In this document: piece by piece, positions 34,160 to 44,400 of the stretch
Layout: the number at the start of each line of letters is the position of its first letter
Position numbering within the stretch: position 1 is the stretch's first letter
Origin: Strigamia acuminata
Lineage: Eukaryota
Length of the DNA: 64,000 bases
Assembly (NCBI GenBank): GCA_949358305.1
Contig: OX442314.1
Span: forward strand, 27,962,001 to 28,026,000
Reading direction: 5' to 3'
Translations under genes and position numbers: made by a program
The notes under the pieces: model-generated
The model's database searches: none
Seen by the model: the letters and a program-made list of their open reading frames with translations, nothing else
What the model was told of the DNA's origin: nothing

Positions 34160-34950
34160 CAATGTATAAATTTTTTTAGACACCCTGTATTATCGGGCAG
34201 ACTTTATTTGGGCTACCAGGAACCATTTGTTTGTCATTTTAAATTTAAATATTCTAAATAATAACTACATTTAAAATTAAATCTGAATTCCAGCTTGGCC
34301 ATCACACTGGCATGCCAGTTGAAAACAAAATTGTTGTATTTGTGATCAACGAAACACGAAAAACTGGAAATCTTAAGAGTGATCTAGATCTGCACTTATT
34401 TCAGGATCTCATCATATGGAGACAAAATAAAGTTTACTTACTGATACATTCTCATCACAATACTGTATGAGTGAATAATCTAAAAATATGCACAAAATGT
34501 TTGTCTTGTTATGAATTAACACAATAATGCTTACACTGTAGACTAAGTCAACAATTTGTCAAATTCGTCCTGATCAATTGGGTCCAGTAATATGTTAGAA
34601 CAAAAACAAAACCCGTGATGACGATAAATAATTCTACAAATACTTTAAACTAAAAATATATTATTTTAATTTCTAACAAGATTATAACATTCAGTATATT
34701 TGATCTTCATACTTTTAGTATATTAAAAATAATATCACAGCCACTTTATTTTCATTTTATATCATAGAATTCAAGCTTAGTTGCATTGGAATACCGATTT
34801 GATGAGCACATTTTTTTTAAAACAAACTTAGCCATTAATTGCTTAGAACAAATAAAATGTCAATTTAAAATAATTTCGCAGACAACATTATTGTTGAAAA
34901 AAGAAAATTTCACTGTAGGACAGGTGAATTGATCATGTTATAATCTAGTA

Positions 34951-35364
34951 CAGTCGGACCGGTGAAATTTGTAATAAAAGTTCGTTATAACAAACATCAC
35001 TGACCGAAAAAGAATTCAGTTAAATTATGAAAAACATTATTTACTCGTGCACATAGTGATTTTCTGTTTAAACTGAAGTTTTAAAAATAATTAATTTTTT
35101 TTAATTTAAAATTTAATTAAAATATTTATAATTTTTAAAAAGCTTTTCCACTTGTCGTTAAACAGAAATTACATTACCCTTAGGTTAGTCATTTTAAAAT
35201 GGAAAATTTGACCAATACGAATTACTTTCCTCTGATTTTCTAAGCAAGGACATCAGTTGTCAGTCATGTGATCAATTTTCAAAATTCGTTATAACGGGTT
35301 TGTTGGTATTAGTGTTCCCAAAAACTTCGTTAAAACACGGTTCGTTATTAACGAGGTTCGACTG
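34951..35364. mobile_element. pogo/Tigger-like MITE in copy 4 intron 5
   Basis: TA|CAGTCGGACC ... TTAACGAGGTTCGACTG|TA, same family as 28552-28736. Confidence 0.7.
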
Positions 35365-36871
35365 TATTGCAAAATACCGGTACTGCATTACCATTCTTCA
35401 ATTCTTGTACATTTTTCTACTGCATAGGAAGAAGACAAAACAAAAATCAAATTCATTTCAATTTACTATGAACTCCTAGACGATATTCTGAATAAAATGA
35501 GTAACTTTTGGTAAACAAAATTCATTCTAAACCATTTTTCACTAAAATGACAAAACTTTAATATTTTTGTAGCTCAAAAGTCATTTTTACATTTGAGAAA
35601 GATGAAAATGCAATAAGAAATCTGAAAAACAAAGTACATCAAATTTAGTTATAAATAAAAAAGTTATGATATAGGCTATAACGGTGCAATATCTCTATTA
35701 TTTATTAGACATTTGATGTCGACACAATCGGGTATTTAATCACTCCAGAACGTACGCTCATCTTTGACTTCGTAGTCGTTCCTGTCAAATCAACCACACT
35801 TGGATTAGTCATGCGACAAGACAGCAACATCAGAGATTATTTGTGGATGACATTTTTCAAACCATTTCCCCCGACTGTTTGGTTATGCATTTCAGTTACA
35901 TGCGTGTTCATTGAACTCTCTCTGGCTTTGATAAGCATATACTACAAAGACCCGGCTTCAACTTCAGGTAATAACGCTTTAATAGAATTGTTAATCAATT
36001 CACAGGTCATTTTTTATAATTCCTCAAAGTTTATACAATTACTGGAACGAGAAACATCTTTCTTTTGCTAATTATGGCAAGCTACTGTGTGTTATTGTAC
36101 GCATCACTCACTGTTACAACTTCACGGCCTCGATACAACAACATACAAGACGTATTATTGGAAGACAAAATAAACTTGTACGCGTTTGGAAGTTATGGCG
36201 CTTACTCGATCATTAAGGTAATGCAGGAAATTAAATAAGATGACAAGTTCTTGTTAGTAATTAAGACATGGTAACATAACATCGTGAGAAGAAGTCGGGT
36301 CACTTCATCGAATTCCGTTTCACCTAACTTGACCTGACCTAACCTAACCACATACCCACATGAATAACATCCCCGATGACAGCCAAAAAATTCGATAAAA
36401 CGAACCTACCGAAAAGTAGATCAAGGAGTGAAAGGTAGAAATAAAGATCTGATTGTTGAAAATAATCGTAAAGGATGAGTCAACAGATAAGAAAGAATGA
36501 AATCAGAAAATAATATAAGAAAATAGGATGGAATAGTTCAATTCAAATCAAAATGAAAAAGAGGGTGGGTAGCCTGCCCGTGACAGATTTCTGCACAAAA
36601 AGTAAATTTTTATAAGAATTATAAAAATATTGTCTACAGCTACGCAATATTTGTAGAAACGGTCATCTTTGTCAGGGCACTAGAAATAAAGGTCCGTCTG
36701 GTTTTGAACCAATCTTCTAATGAATTTTTATTTCATTAGCAGAATGCAAAAACAAATCTTACACGGGATATTTGGCACAAGATGGAAAAAAACACCAGAA
36801 AAGGAAACATTTCGATGAAGGAAGCTCCTCAACTGCTTTTACATCATTACAATGCCATCATTCATACGTAC

Positions 36872-38318
36872 TGTTGTGATCCCAAATGACACCTTTGCAA
36901 ATGAGATGCAACGGGTTGCCACGACGGGTCTTATCAAAACCTGAATATTCTTCTAATATTCTAAAACAAATAACTTCACAAATGAGGAGAAATATTAATG
37001 TTTAAATTAATATTCCTTCTCAGACTAAACTCACTAATAAAATCTGACTTATTAATAAAATACACTTTACTTGCTTGAAATGAATATTTGTTATTTATTC
37101 GGGGAAAATTGGGTTAATTATACAAATAATGCGTAATTTAAACAATACTACTTAAAATAATCGAAATGTTAGTAATAATGGAAAATGAGGAAAACAATCT
37201 TCTCCCACGGCGTGGCTGGCTTGTCGACGTCGCGCTTCTCCTTATTATTACGAATGGCGTCAAATAACACTCGCAAAGGCGAGAATAGTGCCGGGAAATC
37301 CGGAAAGGACGTGCTTTCGCACTATTCAACACTACTCACGTCCTCTGCTAACTCCTCCGCAACGGTCAGTGGTTTGGGTAATTTCTCGGGCTTGAGAAAT
37401 TCCTTGGCGGCTGGTCGTCGTGGTTCGTCTCGGGCGGCGTCTCGCAATTCGGGTCCCGTAATGGCACCGTAAGCTGCGGCGATGTCGTCCGTCTCGCGTA
37501 CGTCTCACACAGTAGATTCGACTCAAAGTTCCCGTGAAACACGGTTTACCAAGAGTCAAAACTCTTCTTGATTCAACGCTCAAGGTGGCGCCCGCTTGTT
37601 AAAGTCCAAGGCTAAGACTCCCTTGCTCTGAGTGCAAAGATAAACTCCCAAATTGTTACACACAATTTGGCTTCAAAACTCTGAAATCTCAACTCAAACT
37701 GGCTGTTTGAGCAAGATAAATCTAGCTATTGAATCCCAAATAGCAAGACAAAATCTAGCCAAAGAATCCCTGTTGGCAAGATGACACCTAGCTGCTTAAC
37801 CCTATCAGCAAGGTGAATCCAAATTCCTTTGGTGCAGGATAATCACAATCATATTATTACTGGGTTTGTAGAAACACTGGAGCAAAATATGACATGACTG
37901 GTACTGGTGAAAAGGAGACTTGAACTGAAGTTTGGCTGAGAATTCTCCCAGCATCCAAACCTCTAGATTGCCACATAACTCCTTTTAAGCAAGGTGTATT
38001 GCTTCATAGCTCCCATCCAGGGAACAGGATGTACGTCCTGTGCTGCATCCAGGGCTGGTTGTCATGCCATCCAAGCAGGTGATCCAAGTGACTCAAAATT
38101 ATGCAATATGGTGTAATAAAGAGATCATTGTTTATAATTAAAATATCACATTAAATTCTTTATTCTTTTCTTTACAATGATTAAACATTTGGGAAAAACG
38201 ATGTGATTACTCTGAATAGTTCTCAATTTAGTCCAATAAATATAAAACACGATTGAATATATATAAAAACACTTGAAAAACCCTTTTCTGACCCCTAGTG
38301 ACCATCCTGGCCACTACA
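36872..38318 (-). repeat. Gypsy B 3' LTR
   Basis: Direct repeat of 49624-51070; no difference noticed by eye and the ORF-track translations are identical. PPT AAAAGAGGGGAAG on the - strand at 38319-38331. Confidence 0.97.
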
Positions 38319-38416
38319 CTTCCCCTCTTTTGGCTTTGATGCGCCATCCAAATTTTCTCTTCACCAAACCGCTTAGCCCTCCGGACTAAGGGTAGCAGTG
38401 GCATTTTCTGCTCTCA

Positions 38417-40696
38417 CTAAACTGCCTTCCCCTTGGGGAATGGCGGCAGTGGTGGCCGTTCTTCTTCCGACACTGAAAATTTCGGCAAACCCACTGTGGG
38501 TCCCGACTGTACTCCCGTGTTAACGTGCATCCACACGCCTTGGACGTGCGCGATCTTATCTATCAGGTTAATGTAATCCATTTCAAACAACTCCCTACGG
38601 CTCTTTGGCGGGCGGTGCGCAAATACCACTCTTTGCCGTTGGGTCGGGTTTCCGGGCTCTCTCAAGGCTCGCTCCAGCCAGGCAAAGGCTTCCTTGCACA
38701 GCTTTGGGTTGAAAATGAGAAGCGTGCGTGTCCCTCGCCCAAATTGCAGCCGAGGATAGTGACGGCGGATCTTCCCGTAGTCGTCGTTATCGCTTTTCTG
38801 TCGGGGCTTAATTTCTGCTGACTCGGCACACTCTCGTGTGGGATCCTGACTTGAGGTTGTGGTCCCCCCGCTTTGGTGGCTAAGCTCCAACCTCGACAGA
38901 TGAGGCACCACATGATTCCCCGCACCGGCTGACCCATACCCCTGCTCATAACTCGAACATGATGCGAATGAGGTTTCCAACCTTGTGGAGGTGGAGGAGG
39001 CCAAACTTGACGTCCTCACCGGTCGCCATCTTGTTTCGGACCCTGCTGGCTGAACATTTGGCATTGGTCGCCCCCCAAAAGTCTCGGAGTCCCTCCTTAG
39101 TTCCATCTCTTCTCGGCGCAGATCCCACTCGTGTCGCAGCCTGACAAAGCACTGATCCACGGTTTCCCCATTCTCCAAGGCTCTCAAAATAAGATTACTT
39201 CGCAGCAAGACCGGATCGTACAGCACGGAGAGCCAATTTTCCAACTTCTCCTCTGTCATGCCCAAGTGTGTGCCCCAAAGGAGGCTCGCGGCTGTGAAGG
39301 CGTCCTCATCCGTTGTAAATACCCCGGGGAACAGAAGTCTCTGCTGGGCCGGAACTGTTAGTTTTTGGAATTTCTGCAATCGCCTTTGGGTTTGCTCGTT
39401 TACAGGCCACCCAACAAATTCCTTTGCCCGTCGAATTAAATCGGCCTGCGCCTCTTTCAATTGCGCTTGCTGATAAGGATCCAGCCTTTCCTTAAACTGT
39501 TCCAATATGGACGCTGGGAAACGAAGACAGCAGTCCCATAGGTCGTAGTAATGTTTATCATAGCCCTCCACTGGCCTCATTGCCATGTTGCTGGAGTAGT
39601 TCATGACTGCCGTATCCGGCATGGGGATCGAGTGGTCCATCCTCTGAACTCCCCCTACCACGGGCTCTGTGTGTGGATGCTTGTCGTTTACTCGCACTTC
39701 CTCTTTGGCTTCCAACTTGGTAAACTCATCTTTTCGTTTTAGGTGCAACATGTTTGACTCCACCTTTGGTTCGAGAGTCCCTGAACGCGGCGGCGGTGGT
39801 GGCGATGCACTCCATATTATTGGCGATGGGATGCTCCGCACTGTCTCTGGTTCTCCACTCTTTGCTCGCGACTCTCCCGATGGCCGTCTGCTCGCGGTTG
39901 ACCTCATGTCGATGTCTTCATTAACGTCCACGGAAAGGAACTCTTCCTCTTGACTGGCCCGCACCAATGAAAGTGGAGAGACTTTACGATCCACTCTGTA
40001 CTGCGACAATACTTTCCACTCAACGTCTCTGGATGTGGACTCCTGTGGGCGCTCGTGATAGGTGCCGCTGCTCCCCTGCCAATGCTCGGTGTTTCGCTGT
40101 TCCGCTTGCTGCAGAAATTCTGGCGGTATCGGCACAGGAATGTAGTCTCTGTCTAGAACTCCAACCATTTTGAGCTGATGCAGCTTATACTGTGTTTGCC
40201 TGTAGTAGGGTGGTAATCGATACGTCCCGTCTTCTAATTTCCCGCCTGTTTGCTCATATTCTTGCTCCTCCTGGAGGTACTCTTCTGCAACTTGGTGCAT
40301 GTTGGTCCTGAGCTTTGCCATGATTTTCTCCTGGAATTCTCTCTTGTCGGTTTCCGGACGGAGGAATATTTCTAAATCCTCCAACTCTTCTTCTGTTAGA
40401 GGGAATGCATCCTGCAGCATCTTCGACCCAAATGGTCCTGGCGGGTCATCTGCCCAAGCGATGACTCGCAGTTCCTCTCTCAATTCTCCATTTGTGCATT
40501 GAGCCAACCTCCTTTTGGTCCCGAATCTTTTGTTGGCCGCCGATGTAAATATTCTCCTCGCTCGATATGCTGTGTAATCCTTCTCCTGGCAGACTTTCCT
40601 GTATTTCCTTGGCAGCCGGCCCCGAAAAATACTTCGTTTGGTGACAACACTGTTTGGCAGCGCATCCCACGATGTTGACAAAATTCTCGCCTGCAA
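38417..40696 (-). CDS. Gypsy B ORF3, 759 aa, unknown function (not env-like)
   Basis: Uninterrupted 2.3-kb ORF between pol and the PPT in the sense orientation. No signal peptide or TM segment; first Met at residue 93. Confidence 0.8.
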   Translation of the reverse strand: MQARILSTSWDALPNSVVTKRSIFRGRLPRKYRKVCQEKDYTAYRARRIFTSAANKRFGTKRRLAQCTNGELREELRVIAWADDPPGPFGSKMLQDAFPLTEEELEDLEIFLRPETDKREFQEKIMAKLRTNMHQVAEEYLQEEQEYEQTGGKLEDGTYRLPPYYRQTQYKLHQLKMVGVLDRDYIPVPIPPEFLQQAEQRNTEHWQGSSGTYHERPQESTSRDVEWKVLSQYRVDRKVSPLSLVRASQEEEFLSVDVNEDIDMRSTASRRPSGESRAKSGEPETVRSIPSPIIWSASPPPPPRSGTLEPKVESNMLHLKRKDEFTKLEAKEEVRVNDKHPHTEPVVGGVQRMDHSIPMPDTAVMNYSSNMAMRPVEGYDKHYYDLWDCCLRFPASILEQFKERLDPYQQAQLKEAQADLIRRAKEFVGWPVNEQTQRRLQKFQKLTVPAQQRLLFPGVFTTDEDAFTAASLLWGTHLGMTEEKLENWLSVLYDPVLLRSNLILRALENGETVDQCFVRLRHEWDLRREEMELRRDSETFGGRPMPNVQPAGSETRWRPVRTSSLASSTSTRLETSFASCSSYEQGYGSAGAGNHVVPHLSRLELSHQSGGTTTSSQDPTRECAESAEIKPRQKSDNDDYGKIRRHYPRLQFGRGTRTLLIFNPKLCKEAFAWLERALREPGNPTQRQRVVFAHRPPKSRRELFEMDYINLIDKIAHVQGVWMHVNTGVQSGPTVGLPKFSVSEEERPPLPPFPKGKAV

Positions 40697-41456
40697 TTAG
40701 ATTTTACTTTCAATATTTTGCCTTTTATTTCATTTAAATGGTTGTGCGCGACATCGTTTTCTGTTTGAGTTTGCCTATTTGGATACTAGATGGCGCCAAT
40801 AACGCCGTTCTATCGCCCGAGTTTATCCATTTCAACACTAGATGGCGCTCGCGACGCTTTAAATTACGAGGCGGTTTTGAACATTTTCTGGAATCTCCGT
40901 TTACATAAATCTGTTTAATATTCTCGCTTTGCTGACTTAAATATTTGCTTAATTCGCCTCTTTTATGTTGATGTTACTAAACCTAATCTTTTCCCGGCTT
41001 CCTTACGAGTTTTCTTTATCAAATTTGCTTTCGTTAAATTCTCCACGCTTCACTCGGTTCAGAAACGATGTCGCCACATTTAATAATATTTTCTTTTCCC
41101 CGATCACAAGTTTTTTATATTCCTTACTGCTTCGGGCGACATTGCTGCAAGTTCGCTGTCCTCGTACTTCTCATGTGATCTTTTTCGTCCGGCCATCCCT
41201 GTTTTTTGCAGCCGATCGATGATCTAAAGTTGCCGAAAGTTTGATTGCGTTAATCTTGGTGAATTTTCCTTCCGCTTTGATTCGATTTCACTCACCAATT
41301 GTGATATCTCCTTTCTCTTAATATCGAAACTATTGCTTATCCAATTTTCCGACTTCGCGTGAGCTTCGTCGTCTTCGAACTCACATGTGAACTCTGAACC
41401 TCCAATCATCTTCGAGCTCGCGACGTCATCCACTACCTGGATCCCTACTGACGTCA

Positions 41457-44400
41457 TTAGTCCCTCAGCTTGCTCGGGGCTTTCAACTTCGCTCTGTCTC
41501 TTAATGTATATTTCGAGGCAGTTTTCTTCTCTCTTGGCGAAGTTTTTAATAAATTTTTGTATTTGTTTTTGCGTTTTTCTTTTCCACTCCACTCTTCCCC
41601 CCTTTTTTGGAGTGATCTTAATTGCTCTTCACCTCCAAAAAAATCTTTAAGTGGAAATAAAATAGAATTCTCCTTTTCCGCTACATTTTCCGCACCTAGT
41701 GAGCTTTCTTCGTTTTGAGTTTCGGCATTATCCTGTGCCTGCATTTTCTCTTGCTCACTTTGCATTCTGTCTTCGTCGTTTTGGATTTCGACATCCTTTT
41801 GTTTTTGAGAATGTGCCTGCACTTGGGCGACATCTTCCGGCAACATTTGTAGTTGCGTTTCGACTTTGCCATTCTCCTCATTTCTCGACTCCGGTTGCTT
41901 CGCTTGATTTTGAGCGACATCTACCGGTGGCACTTGCAACTGCGTCTCGACTTCATCGCCTTTATTTATGTTTTCCGGACTTTCTAACTCTGTTTGCGCA
42001 TTTTCTTCTGAAATTTGTGCATTTTCTTGAATTTCAGTGTCCTTTTGCACTCGTATTTCATTTTCTAGCTGTGAAGTATCCTCTGAGATTCCTGTGTTTT
42101 CTTGCACGATTTCTTTTGTTGGCGGAATGTCGTCTAACAATGTGTTGATAACTTCTGCGTCGGGATTACTTTCAGTTTGGCCCTCCACCCAAATTTCTTG
42201 GTTGAATTCCGGGAAATAGGGCGTTAATTCCGATGTGTGAATTGAGGTGAAAACTTTATTGTCCTTTAAGCGTCTTAACTTCACGGCGCCCCCTTGATGT
42301 ACTTGTGTGATCACATAAGGTCCCGTCCTTTTATCCGCAATACTGGCGGAAAATCCTCTCGCTGCTCTTGATAGTGCATGATTCTCTCGCCATACTAGGT
42401 CGTTTACTCTAAAGTTTTCAAACTTGCTGTCCAACCTGTGATCTTCGACACGCTCTCGTAAATCCGTGATATGCGCCTGCATATGTTGATAGGTGTCGCT
42501 AATTATTCTCTCTAATTTTTGCACATAAATTTCCGGACGATCTGGATCAATTTTTAGCATTCCATCAAGTATTCTCGGGACCCACGGGATGCGAAACTCC
42601 CTTGCGCAATTCAAGTAGGCGGGAGAATAGCCACGACCTCTTGTGTCCGTGGTTCTAATACTGAAGGCAATTTCCCTTAAAAATTCATCCCACCGGTTGT
42701 GGATTGATGTAAAAATTGCAATGATATATTTTATATCTCTATTAAGGCGCTCCACCGGGTTGGCTTGTGGGTGGTAAGGTGACGTGAATTTCGGAGTCAT
42801 TTTGTACTTTTTGCAAAATTCTTTGTAAAATGCTGCTTTAAATTGCGGGCCATTGTCCGAAATAATTTTTTGTGCAAAGCCCCAATCCATTGATACGTCG
42901 CAAATGCAGTCTGCCACTAGCTGAGCTGTCGGTCCGTCCATTGGAAATAATATCGGCCATCTTGTCGCCATGTCGATTACGACGAAGATGTAGTTATTGC
43001 CTTCCTTGGTCCGAGGTTTAGGTCCTGTTAAATCTGCACTTAGGCATTCGAAAGGAGCGTAGGGTCCAATGTTCGCTGACTCAGTTGTTGTCTTTTTTCT
43101 CGGCTTGCACGCCTGACATCTTGTGCAGTGTCGGATGAATCGTGACACATCTGCTTTCATGCTCTCCCAAGTGTAAATCTGCTTTATTCGATACATCGTT
43201 CTTGAAATTCCGCAGTGACTCGCCAAAGGGTGGCCGTGCATTAACCACAAAACTCGATGTTTCAGTGACTTTGGCACTACCACTTTCAATGCCCTGTTGC
43301 TATCATCAAATTCGTCCGTAATCGTGGGATGATATCTCATCAATAAACCTTCTTCTAGAATATGTTGCGATGTCCTTTTACAAAACTTTCTCCGCTGGAG
43401 TCTCGTGGTGATGTGTGGTGGGAACTGCTGAGTTTCCAAGTAATGACGTATTCGTTGACATTGTTTGTCAGCGATTTGGTGATCAATAAAGTCCTGCCTT
43501 GTTGGTGGATGACAATCCATCTGATCCGTCACCTTGGCAATAAATGCACTGATCATCTCATTCTTGGTACTCGGAAGATATTGCCATTCTTCCTCTTCTT
43601 TCTCCACTTCACTGTGAGCTTCTCCTACATTGTAAACATTGCACCAATGTGCGACAAATTGGTCGTCACTAGACGGCTTTTCTTCTTGAACTGGCAGCTG
43701 ATTCCAGTTCTTGAATTTCCAGTGGCTTGACCCTGTCGGACAGTAGGAAGTGTCACCGTCAGCTTCACCACTATCTTCATCATTTTCGGGCAAGTCCACT
43801 GGTGCTCTTGACATGGCGTCTGCAAGAACATTGGCTGGTCCTTTTATGTATCGTATTTGGAAATTATATGACATGAGTTCCATCTGCCATCTTGCGAGTC
43901 TTCCTGCAGGTTCCTCAAGTCGCATTAACCATCGAAGGGCCTGGTGGTCCGTCTGGACTGTAAATGAAGTAAACTCCAAATATGCTCTAAATTTGCGTAG
44001 AGCCCAGATGACCGCCAAACACTCTAAGTCGGTTGCACTATAGTTATTTTCCGCTTGCTGCAGACTCCTGCTGATGTACACACATGGAACCTCAATCATT
44101 TGGCCATCAATTTCTTTCTCTTGCATTAATGCAGCTCCTAACCCCTTTTTGCTCGCATCCGTGTGGACAATCAGCGGCTTGTTAAGGTCGGGTAACATCA
44201 TTGTTTTTGAGTCGGTTAGCAGAAGTTTAATTTGGTCGAATGCAGTTTGATGTTCTTCCTTCCACTCAAAATTTACTCCTTTCTTGAGCAATGGTCGCAG
44301 TGGCTCTGCAATGGTAGCCAAGTTCTTCAACAATCGGTGGAAGAAATTGACCATTCCCAAGAAGCGTTGGAGTTCGGTCAGATTTGTTGGTGGCGGAAAT

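Noticed and set aside
36322..36350. CCTAA (TTAGG) telomere-like repeats
   Set aside because: Only a few degenerate units in an intronic repeat fragment; not a telomeric array.
38417..40696. env gene (errantivirus)
   Set aside because: No signal peptide, fusion peptide or TM anchor is visible. The same applies to 60558-61721.
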